The position numbers and the translations under genes are program-made. Below, piece by piece: positions 47,845 to 55,991 of a stretch of DNA of 64,000 nt. Within the stretch, counting starts at the first letter, position 1, and the number at the start of each line of letters is the position of its first letter. Under the pieces are notes generated by a model that was not told where the DNA came from, ran no database searches, and worked only from the letters and a program-made list of their open reading frames with translations. Source of the DNA: Candidatus Bathyarchaeota archaeon B24 (lineage in GTDB: Archaea > Thermoproteota > CALKCG01 > B24); NCBI GenBank assembly GCA_001593865.1, contig LUCB01000002.1:25277-89276 (forward strand), in the 5' to 3' direction.

Positions 47845-48771
47845 CTAACCTAGCATAAGATACAACAAGGCTTTCTGAGAGTGAAGCCTGTTCTCGGCCT
47901 GGTCGAGCACTATCGACTGAGGACCGTCAAGCACATCATCTGTAACTTCTTCACCCCTCCTCGCCGGTAGACAATGCATGAACACCGCGTCCTTCTTAGC
48001 CATACCCATAAGCCTACTGTTCACCTGGTATCTAGGAAGAAAAGCCTTGAGCCTTTTCGCTCTCTCGGCCTCGAAACCCATCGATACGAATACGTCTGTA
48101 TAGATTATATCAGCGTCTCTGACCGCTTCCTCCGGGCTTCTGAGGACCTCTATCTTAGAGCCCGTTTCCTCCGCGTTTCTACGTGCCCATTCGACGGCTT
48201 CAGGCAACGGCTCGTAGCCCTCTGGACAGGCTACAGATACGTTCATACCGACTTTACTACATCCGACTAGGAGGGTGTTGCATACGTTATTTCCATCGCC
48301 TACATAAGCCAGTTTTAAACCTTCGAGACCGCCTTTAACCTCTTTCACCGTCAGGAGGTCTCCGAGTATCTGGCATGGATGCCACTTATCCGATAAACCG
48401 TTTATGACGGGTATCGGAGACCATCTGGCGTACTCGTCGAGGTCGTCTTGCCTGAGAACCCTAGCCATAACCACGTCTACGTATCTGGCTAGAACCCTGG
48501 CCGTGTCCTTCAAGGCTTCACCTCTCCCAAGCTGGAGGTCGTCCCACCTAAGGTACAGCGCGTAACCTCCAAGCTGACGCATAGCGACCTCAAACGAGAC
48601 CCTGGTCCTAGTCGAGGGTTTCTGGAATATCATAGCCAAAACCTTACCCTTCAAAGCATTCGCATAATGTCCAGGGTTTCGCTTCATATCTATGGCCGTG
48701 TCGATCACTTTAAGAACCTCATCCCTTGTAAGCTCCTGTAGGGTTAGCAAGTGTCTAGACCCAAGCGGCAA
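47845..48771 (-). CDS. argF: Ornithine carbamoyltransferase
   Basis: STRTRVSFE. HCLPARRGEEV (HCLP, not the HPLP of ATCase). VFVSMG. Confidence 0.85.
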   Translation of the reverse strand: MPLGSRHLLTLQELTRDEVLKVIDTAIDMKRNPGHYANALKGKVLAMIFQKPSTRTRVSFEVAMRQLGGYALYLRWDDLQLGRGEALKDTARVLARYVDVVMARVLRQDDLDEYARWSPIPVINGLSDKWHPCQILGDLLTVKEVKGGLEGLKLAYVGDGNNVCNTLLVGCSKVGMNVSVACPEGYEPLPEAVEWARRNAEETGSKIEVLRSPEEAVRDADIIYTDVFVSMGFEAERAKRLKAFLPRYQVNSRLMGMAKKDAVFMHCLPARRGEEVTDDVLDGPQSIVLDQAENRLHSQKALLYLMLG

Positions 48772-48833
48772 GGTTTCTATGCACCTAAACGGCTAGATTT
48801 CGCCAGCAAGTTTATAAGAGTTTCTTCATACGT

Positions 48834-49748
48834 TCACACGACTATCTTGTCCACAAACCTTTCCGGGTCGAAAGGTTCTAGGTCTTCAAGGTCTTGACCG
48901 GTTCCTATGTACGCGACCGGCCTGCCTATGAGCTTCGAGATCGATATGGCAGCTCCTCCCTTGGCGTCAGCGTCCATCTTAGTCAGGATGACAAAGTCTA
49001 TACCGACGTACTTCATAAACTCCTCCGCCTGGTTAACGGCGTCGTTGCCTGTCAGAGAATCTCCTACAAACACGACGAGGTCTGGGTTTGTTACCCTAGC
49101 TATTTTACGCATCTCCTCCATGAGGTTCCTCCTAGTCTGCATACGTCCAGCCGTATCTATGAGAACGACGTTAATGCCATGAGCTCGAGCATACTGCACG
49201 GCGTCGTATGCCACCGCAGCCGCATCGCTTCCGTACGTCTGTTTTATCGCCCTAACACCTAGACGCTTAGCCAATATCTCGACCTGCTCTATAGCCCCGG
49301 CTCTGAACGTGTCGCTACACGCGATACATACGGTAAACCCGTTTCTGAGAAGCATTCTACCCACCTTAGCTATGGTCAGGGTTTTACCAGAGCCGTTAAC
49401 CCCGACAAACAGTATAACCGCGGGTTCACCTTTAGAGACTTTAGCCTTAACCGTTTCGAGAAAGCCCTTCTCATACGAGGTTTTCAGGGTTTCCAGAAGA
49501 ACTTGCCTCAGGGTCTTCTTGACTAGAGGCCTAACGTCTTCAAACCTTCCGACCTTAACGCCTGAAAGCTTCTCGGCTATCTCGCTACATATCTCCTCGG
49601 CCACCGTATAGGCGACATCGTTTCTTACAAGCGATAGCTTAAGTTCCTCTAATACCGGTTGAAGCTCCTTTGAACTCAACTCCTTAGAGCCGAGCTTCTC
49701 TATGAACGAGGAGAACGCCTTTCTAAGACCTTCCAGCAGGGCTCCCAA
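48834..49748 (-). CDS. ftsY: Signal recognition particle receptor FtsY
   Basis: GVNGSGKTLTIAKV. DTAGR. SRP-GTPase family. 304 aa. Confidence 0.9.
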   Translation of the reverse strand: MGALLEGLRKAFSSFIEKLGSKELSSKELQPVLEELKLSLVRNDVAYTVAEEICSEIAEKLSGVKVGRFEDVRPLVKKTLRQVLLETLKTSYEKGFLETVKAKVSKGEPAVILFVGVNGSGKTLTIAKVGRMLLRNGFTVCIACSDTFRAGAIEQVEILAKRLGVRAIKQTYGSDAAAVAYDAVQYARAHGINVVLIDTAGRMQTRRNLMEEMRKIARVTNPDLVVFVGDSLTGNDAVNQAEEFMKYVGIDFVILTKMDADAKGGAAISISKLIGRPVAYIGTGQDLEDLEPFDPERFVDKIVV

Positions 49749-50169
49749 CCTCCCTAGCTCTTATCAAGCGTTCGAGTCTTTCCCTAGCCTCTCCGAGCCT
49801 CTGAGAAGCCTGAATAAGCTGTTGTTCGAGAGCCTTCCGGATTTGTTCAAGCCGGTTTATACGTTGATCGACCATCTCGATCGAGCTTTCGATGCTCTTT
49901 TCTACACGGACGTTAGCCCCTACTCCAACTATAACTTTCTCCGTACTATCGACCTTAGCGAATATGTAAGAATCCGCACCTATGGGCACGAGTATGCTAT
50001 CGCCCTCCTTAGCATCCTTAATAGCCTTAAGCGTCTCAAGAGCCATCCTAGATTCGTTTAAAGCAGCTTCTGTAAGCTCGAGCCTAGAGTTGAGGGCGTT
50101 TATGGTGGCTTCTAGAAGCTGGATCTCCGCTACGAGCCTATTAACCTCCTCGTCAGAAGATGCAGTCAA
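49723..50169 (-). CDS. pfdA: Prefoldin alpha subunit
   Basis: Two coiled coils flanking a beta-hairpin region (ILVPIGADSYIFAKV...VIVGVGANVRVE). Confidence 0.8.
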   Translation of the reverse strand: MTASSDEEVNRLVAEIQLLEATINALNSRLELTEAALNESRMALETLKAIKDAKEGDSILVPIGADSYIFAKVDSTEKVIVGVGANVRVEKSIESSIEMVDQRINRLEQIRKALEQQLIQASQRLGEARERLERLIRAREVGSPAGRS

Positions 50170-50217
50170 CCGAAACCCTGTAACCCCATAAACCGCATAA
50201 GACTATATAAAAGCTTT

Positions 50218-51234
50218 CTAATAACCCATTTGACCATAGACCACTTCATCGATGCGCTTGAGAACCTCACCGCTGAGCTTCACGTCTAACGCTTCGAGGT
50301 CCTCTTGAACATGCTCAAACCTAGTAGCACCGATTATCGGAATAACCGTCACACCGAGCCTTTCCTGCATATGAAGAAGCCAAGCGATAGCTAGCTGAGG
50401 GAGCGTCACGTCGATCTCCATGGCTATTTCAAGAAGCCTTGAAACCTTATCCAGAGACTCTTTCGTGATCGACTCTTTAAACGCCCTGAAATACGTCGCT
50501 CTTGAACCTTCGGGAATTCCTTTAAGGTATTTACCAGAGAGTAAGCCCTGTGCGAGGGGTGAGTAAGCCATAACCGCTAGGCCATAGCGTCTCGCAACCG
50601 GGACTTTAGCTTTCTCTATATCCCTCCTGAGGATATTATAGCCCTCCTGTATCGTAACCGGCTGGTGAAGCCTATACTCCCTAGCAGTCTCCATGTACTC
50701 GATTACGTCTTCTGGAGGAGTGTTCGAGAGACCCATGTACAATACTTTACCTTGGCATATAAGGTCGTTAAACGCCCTTAGCGTCTCGAGCTTAGGGGTC
50801 TCAGGGTCGACGGTATGCGTCAGATACACGTCTATGTAATCCGTCTGAAGCCTCCTAAGACTCTCCCCAACCTGCCACATTACATGTTTTCTAGATAGCC
50901 CCTTTCCATTCGGCCAAGGAGCCATCTCAAGACCCACCTTAGTAGCTATAACAAACTGCTCGCGGCCGAGTTTATTTACCAATTTACCGAGAACCTTTTC
51001 CGAGTTCCCTCTATGCGGAAGGTCTACCGGAGACATCGCTCCGTGATATCGGTTAGCCGTGTCTATGAAGTTCAACCCCTTGTCCAACGCATATTTTAGA
51101 ATTCTCTCAAACTCGTCTAGATTTACCTTTGGGATCCCATACTCGTCCCTCTCGGCGGAACGTGGTAGAAACCACGTCCCCAGACATATCTGAGACACCT
51201 TTAAGCCGCTCGGCCCAAGCCGGACATAACGCAT
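50218..51234 (-). CDS. Aldo/keto reductase
   Basis: AKR motifs (LGTW, IDTANRYHG). 338 aa. Confidence 0.8.
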   Translation of the reverse strand: MRYVRLGPSGLKVSQICLGTWFLPRSAERDEYGIPKVNLDEFERILKYALDKGLNFIDTANRYHGAMSPVDLPHRGNSEKVLGKLVNKLGREQFVIATKVGLEMAPWPNGKGLSRKHVMWQVGESLRRLQTDYIDVYLTHTVDPETPKLETLRAFNDLICQGKVLYMGLSNTPPEDVIEYMETAREYRLHQPVTIQEGYNILRRDIEKAKVPVARRYGLAVMAYSPLAQGLLSGKYLKGIPEGSRATYFRAFKESITKESLDKVSRLLEIAMEIDVTLPQLAIAWLLHMQERLGVTVIPIIGATRFEHVQEDLEALDVKLSGEVLKRIDEVVYGQMGY

Positions 51235-51296
51235 AAAACCACCGTGGGAATATATATAGAACTCGGGTTAAGAAACTTTTTGAAAGCCGGGAGGAG

Positions 51297-52562
51297 GTGA
51301 CCGTTCTGGATAAGTTAGGCGTCGGGTTCATAGGCTCAGGTTTCGCGACTAGATTCCATATACTCGGGTGGGTAGGGGTTAGAAACGCCGAGATAACTGC
51401 AATATATAATATTAGAGAGAGAAGCGCTCGTGAATTGGCTTCCTTAGCTGAACAGCTCGGAGTCGGTAAGCCCAAGGTTTATACAGACCTACACGCTATG
51501 CTCTCCGATAAGTCGGTCAACGCCGTTTGGATAGCTAACCCAAACTTCGTCAGGCTAGAGGTTGTGAAAGCTATAGCCGAGGAGGCTAAGCAAGGTAAAA
51601 CCGAGCTTGTCGGCGTATGCTGCGAAAAGCCTCTAGCTAGGAACGTGGACGAGGCTGAGGAGATGGTTAGACTGATCGAAGACTCAGGTCTGCTACACGG
51701 GTACCTCGAGAACCAGGTCTTCATGCCCTCGGTGGTTAAGGGTCGAGATATCTTATGGAGATACGGCGCCAAGTATACGGGTAGGCCTTACCTCGCTAGG
51801 GCTGCTGAGGAACACGGCGGTCCTCACTCAGCGTGGTTCTGGATACCGAGGCTTTCCGGCGGAGGTGTCATGCTTGACATGATGTGTCACAGCCTCGAGG
51901 CGGCTAGGTTCATACTCAGCGACCCTGATAAACCCAAGACCGCTCTTAAACCCAAGACCGTTTACGCGGAGATAGCGTCGCTTAAATGGGCCTGGGAGCC
52001 ATACCGGACTATGCTTAAAGACCGGTTTAAAGGGGAGGTCGACTACTCTAAGGAGCCTGCGGAGGATTACGCCATGGCCGTCGTCACCTATGAGGATGAA
52101 GACGGGAACTTAGTCGTTTCCGAGACCAGAACCTCTTGGAGCTTCACGGGACCGGGTTTAAGGCTGAGCTTCGAGGCCTTAGGCCCAGAATATTATATGT
52201 CTATCAACACCTTACAGCCTGAGCTCTTCACGTTCTTCAGCAGAAACGTTAAGATTCCGCCTTCGGAGGAGTTCGTCGAGAAGCAGGCCGCCGAGCAAGG
52301 TTTGATGCCGACTATACCGAACGAGGCATTCACATATGGCTACATGGATGAGGACCGTTATATGGTAGAGTGCTTCCTTAAGAGAGAGAAACCTAGAGAA
52401 GATTGGAGAGACGGTCTATTAATCGTTCAGCTCATGATGGCATGCTACATGTCCGCCGAGAAAGGCAGGAAGATACGGTTTAACCCTGAGGCTCTCAAAG
52501 GGTTTAAACCGGCCGTAGCTAAGGGACAGTGGAAACCTAAGTCTCTTGTAGAGGCTCCTTAG
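51297..52562 (+). CDS. Gfo/Idh/MocA family oxidoreductase (long form)
   Basis: GVGFIGSGFATRFH Rossmann N-terminus. EKP. 421 aa. Confidence 0.75.
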   Translation: MTVLDKLGVGFIGSGFATRFHILGWVGVRNAEITAIYNIRERSARELASLAEQLGVGKPKVYTDLHAMLSDKSVNAVWIANPNFVRLEVVKAIAEEAKQGKTELVGVCCEKPLARNVDEAEEMVRLIEDSGLLHGYLENQVFMPSVVKGRDILWRYGAKYTGRPYLARAAEEHGGPHSAWFWIPRLSGGGVMLDMMCHSLEAARFILSDPDKPKTALKPKTVYAEIASLKWAWEPYRTMLKDRFKGEVDYSKEPAEDYAMAVVTYEDEDGNLVVSETRTSWSFTGPGLRLSFEALGPEYYMSINTLQPELFTFFSRNVKIPPSEEFVEKQAAEQGLMPTIPNEAFTYGYMDEDRYMVECFLKREKPREDWRDGLLIVQLMMACYMSAEKGRKIRFNPEALKGFKPAVAKGQWKPKSLVEAP

Positions 52563-52758
52563 AGACCTCCTCGATAGCCAATATCTTTATTCTCTTTCTT
52601 TTCAACTTATGACGGCTTCCAAGCTCGGAGTATATCTTCTCCAGGGCGTGTTCAGGCTTTAGGGCTCTAACTTCTTTAACGAAAGTAGACCTTAGGAAGC
52701 CCATCGGCATTACTCCTTTAACCCGATACGTCTTAACCTCACTCATAACTCTCACCAA
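52537..52758 (-). CDS. rplX: Ribosomal protein LX (eL20/L18Ae family)
   Basis: KTYRVKGVM...VKEVRALKPEHALEKIYSELGSRHKLKRKRIKI matches the LX consensus (FRVKG...ALKPEDA...GSKHRVKR). Confidence 0.65.
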   Translation of the reverse strand: MVRVMSEVKTYRVKGVMPMGFLRSTFVKEVRALKPEHALEKIYSELGSRHKLKRKRIKILAIEEVSKEPLQET

Positions 52759-53416
52759 ACCCGAACGCCTGAGATATGGCTAACAACTCATCACCTAGAG
52801 TCCCCCTACCCACTACCCCACCTCTACTATTCACGACAAGCCCGACCTTCACATAAGGAAGACCGTTTACGACAGTTCCAGTGTGAACAGGGACTTTTAA
52901 AACCTTCTCTATGAGAGAGAGTTCGTCGCTTCTTATACCGGGGTGGGCATAGACCGCCTTGTTGGATGCCACCGCGGAGGAACCCACATACGGTAAGCCA
53001 GCGATCGTAGAGTATTCAACCTCGACATCTAAAACGTCCTCTATAGCCTCGGCTATAGACTCAGGCATCTTAAGGTCCACGACAGCGCCTCTATCGTTCG
53101 TCAAGACCCTGTTACCTAGGGCGATGTATGTCGGTAGCGACACAGCCTCGACGCCAAGTTGCTCCCTTATAAACCTAGCCTCATGCTCGCAACCTTCAGG
53201 TAACACTACACCGTTCGAGTTGGCTATAGATAACACCCCTAAGAGCTTAGACCCTCTGATCCTGATCCGTAGAGCGTCTTCAACCTCGAAACATCTTTTC
53301 AGAAACTTCACCTTGCTATCGCTCATCCCCTCAGGCACAAGTATGAAGCGGTCTGTAGCCACGATATACAACCCTACGTTAGGGTTACTCAAATACTGGA
53401 AATACTCCAGGGGCAT
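52739..53416 (-). CDS. eif6: Translation initiation factor 6 (aIF6)
   Basis: About 225 aa. Pentein repeats. N-terminus NPNVGLYIVATDRFILVP. Confidence 0.8.
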   Translation of the reverse strand: MPLEYFQYLSNPNVGLYIVATDRFILVPEGMSDSKVKFLKRCFEVEDALRIRIRGSKLLGVLSIANSNGVVLPEGCEHEARFIREQLGVEAVSLPTYIALGNRVLTNDRGAVVDLKMPESIAEAIEDVLDVEVEYSTIAGLPYVGSSAVASNKAVYAHPGIRSDELSLIEKVLKVPVHTGTVVNGLPYVKVGLVVNSRGGVVGRGTLGDELLAISQAFGFGESYE

Positions 53417-53429
53417 ACTAGGGACCCCT

Positions 53430-53702
53430 CTAACCCGCCAGCTTAAGCACGTACATGTCCTCCTCGGTCCTCTCAGCCTTAACCCTAACCTTCCTAGGCG
53501 GGTGTTTCAAACCTCTAGACCAGATGTACCTGTTTAACTCCTCATCTATCTTAACGTTTTCAGGATTAGTCTTAAGATGCCTCGCAGCCTGCTCCCTAAC
53601 AAACCTCACCGCTTTAGGAGCCCTAACGCGTCCAGAGTACTCCCAGATCCTTTTCAGATTTATGGTTATAACCCTTTCCTCAGAGGTCTCCTCACCACTC
53701 AA
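53430..53702 (-). CDS. rpl31e: Ribosomal protein eL31
   Basis: EERVITINLKR...RAPKAVRFVREQAARHL...NRYIWSRGLKHPPRKVRVK. Confidence 0.85.
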   Translation of the reverse strand: MSGEETSEERVITINLKRIWEYSGRVRAPKAVRFVREQAARHLKTNPENVKIDEELNRYIWSRGLKHPPRKVRVKAERTEEDMYVLKLAG

Positions 53703-53718
53703 GACCTAACACCCTCTC

Positions 53719-53880
53719 CTAAAGCTTGAGCTTTACGGCTCTCCAGTGCCTTCTCTTGGGGCTGGTTCTGACTCTACCCCTTGTCTTCAGAAAGACCCAG
53801 GTCGGTACAGGCCTATTCTGCTTAAGAGCCCTGGCGAGTCTCCTCTTCTTACCTGCAGGCTTACGAGTAGCCAATTTCAA
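53719..53880 (-). CDS. rpl39e: Ribosomal protein eL39 (53 aa), missing from the ORF track
   Basis: Hand translation: (M)[55 protein letters not shown] start 4 nt after a GGAGGG Shine-Dalgarno-like element. Confidence 0.7.
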   Translation of the reverse strand: MKLATRKPAGKKRRLARALKQNRPVPTWVFLKTRGRVRTSPKRRHWRAVKLKL

Positions 53881-54227
53881 ACCCTCCTGATCCGAATATC
53901 CCTCCTCTGAGACTTCTGTAGCAACACGAGGATCCTCTTAAGCTGTGCATCCGTTATAGGTGGGGTTATACGCCCCGTCTGGACGGCTTGAATAAGCTCA
54001 AGTTCAAGCTTCTCGACGAACTCAGGTCTAACCATCCGGAGGTTATTAAGCCTCTGCCTAGCCTCCGGTGTGAGTATGATGCGTAAGGCCGCCTGTTTTC
54101 TGGCTTCAAAGGCTTTCCTAGCCTCTGCCGCCCTACGTTCCTCCTCAAGCCTTCTTTGAAGCTCGATAAGTCTCCTACGCTTAAGTTCCTCAAGCTCCTC
54201 GTCGTATCCATAACCTTCAGCCGTCAC
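53877..54227 (-). CDS. PDCD5/TFAR19-like dsDNA-binding protein
   Basis: About 116 aa. Charged N-terminal helix and C-terminal helical bundle. Conserved position between S19e and L39e. Confidence 0.6.
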   Translation of the reverse strand: MTAEGYGYDEELEELKRRRLIELQRRLEEERRAAEARKAFEARKQAALRIILTPEARQRLNNLRMVRPEFVEKLELELIQAVQTGRITPPITDAQLKRILVLLQKSQRRDIRIRRV

Positions 54228-54238
54228 GAAAGCTCACC

Positions 54239-54694
54239 TCAAGCTAAAGCAGCTAGACCACCGCTCGTCTTAAGCTTTCTTAGTATGTCTGCGGCTAGGC
54301 TATCTAGGAGACTTCGACCTTTACTCGTTAAGACTCTACCTTTCTTATCTAGTTTGGTCACTAAACCGGCCTCCTCAAGCTGCTGAAGTATCTTCCTTAT
54401 ATGGTTTCTCCCGGCTTTTCTGAAGTGCGGTGGTTTACGCCCCCTCCTCTGCCTACCACCATATATCGTGGCCAACCTAGAGACACCGAGTGGGCCTTTA
54501 ACATAGAGTTTACGCAGGATCGACGCGGCTCTAACATACCACCAGTCGGGATTGTCGGGATTTCTCTCCCTATGACACCCAGTCTTAACGAACAAAGCCC
54601 AAGGAGGCGGATTAACCTCGGGAAAGCTTACCTTGAGCTCCTCAGCTAGCCTATTTATCAACACATCGGCCGGAACCTCGTAGACGGTCGGCAA
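54239..54694 (-). CDS. rps19e: Ribosomal protein eS19
   Basis: PPWALFVKTGCHRERNPDNPDWWYVRAASILRKLY...TIYGGRQRRG. Confidence 0.9.
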   Translation of the reverse strand: MPTVYEVPADVLINRLAEELKVSFPEVNPPPWALFVKTGCHRERNPDNPDWWYVRAASILRKLYVKGPLGVSRLATIYGGRQRRGRKPPHFRKAGRNHIRKILQQLEEAGLVTKLDKKGRVLTSKGRSLLDSLAADILRKLKTSGGLAALA

Positions 54695-54980
54695 GCTTCA
54701 ACACCCCATGAAATTTCTCCCTATACTGCTCTCAGGGATAACGAATAACCAGACGGTTCGATTTAAACCTTTACTATAAATTCGCTACCAGTCTTTTAGA
54801 CTATGTAGTAGGCTTTTTCTAGAAACGCCTCCGAAAATTTCAGAGCAGGGATAAGCCTGACAGTGACCGTTAGAGGATATATTTTTAAATACCATTAATC
54901 GTCGAGGTTCAAAGAATAAAAGGTATAGGAATTCATCATCTTCGAAGAGAGGGACTATGGTAAAAATCTCCTAAGGAGAG

Positions 54981-55910
54981 TTAAAGTTCTATCAGTTTCT
55001 CAACGTTCTTCCAAGCATCTCTAATGGTCGAAACGCCTTCTAAGAACTTACGCGTCTCCCAGTCGTCCATAGACCACTCAACTATCTTTCTAACCGCTCC
55101 ACGTCCTGCTTCGAAGGGAACACCTATGCTCACGTCTTGGACCCCGTATTCGCCGTCTAAAACCAACGACGCTAAGCCTAGTCCCTCACCTTTAACTAGA
55201 GACCTTATCAGCGCCACCGTACAGTTCGCAGGAGCATACACGGTTGCACCCTTCCGTGATATAACATCCAAAGCCTTGCCCCTGAGTTCCTCGACGACCC
55301 TCGTCTTCTCTGTTTGAGACAGGTCGACTGGTTTGCCCATGATTTTAAGCCTACTGAACAACGGAACCTGGTTTCGCCCATGTTCTCCTATGACGTATCC
55401 ATCGACGTCTTTAGGCTTAACGTTGAATTTTTTGGCGATTATAATCCTGAACCTAGACGTATCCAACAGGCTTGAACTTCCCAAAACCCTGAAACGGTCT
55501 AGACCCGTAACCCTCCAGGTTATCAGGTTCATCAAATCCACCGGGTTAGTGACCGTAACCACAAACCCTTCGAAACCAGAATCTCTGAGCCTCTGGGCAA
55601 TATCGGCGATTATCTTAGCATTCACGCGAGCCAGCTCGAGCCTACTCTTCATGGAAGGCGTCCTAGGTTTTCCAGCGGTTACGACCACGAAATCGGCGTC
55701 TGCTATGTCCTCATAGTCTCCCACTCTAACCTCCGTATCGGATACCATAGCCGAGGCTTGTCGAATATCCATAGCCTGGCCCTCTGCGAGATGTTTGACT
55801 ATATCTACGAGAATAAGCTCGTCCACAAGCCCTTCTACGGCAAGTTTAAACGCTATACAGGAGCCTACGTTGCCTACACCTATCACAGCCGCTTTAACCA
55901 TATCGACCAA
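54981..55910 (-). CDS. mdh: Malate dehydrogenase (LDH-like family)
   Basis: KAAVIGVGNVGS Rossmann N-terminus. 309 aa. Confidence 0.8.
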   Translation of the reverse strand: MVDMVKAAVIGVGNVGSCIAFKLAVEGLVDELILVDIVKHLAEGQAMDIRQASAMVSDTEVRVGDYEDIADADFVVVTAGKPRTPSMKSRLELARVNAKIIADIAQRLRDSGFEGFVVTVTNPVDLMNLITWRVTGLDRFRVLGSSSLLDTSRFRIIIAKKFNVKPKDVDGYVIGEHGRNQVPLFSRLKIMGKPVDLSQTEKTRVVEELRGKALDVISRKGATVYAPANCTVALIRSLVKGEGLGLASLVLDGEYGVQDVSIGVPFEAGRGAVRKIVEWSMDDWETRKFLEGVSTIRDAWKNVEKLIEL

Positions 55911-55991
55911 CTCAACTTTTATTATACACCCCTAGATATTCATTTTTAACCCAGAGACGCAGTTGGATTAGATAAGGCTCGGTGGTAATAC

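Noticed and set aside
54695-54980. 285-bp AT-rich spacer between rps19e and mdh as possible SRP RNA or RNase P RNA
   Set aside because: It is too AT-rich and lacks the GC-rich helices or conserved SRP domain-IV/RNase P P4 motifs. It is probably promoter/terminator space.
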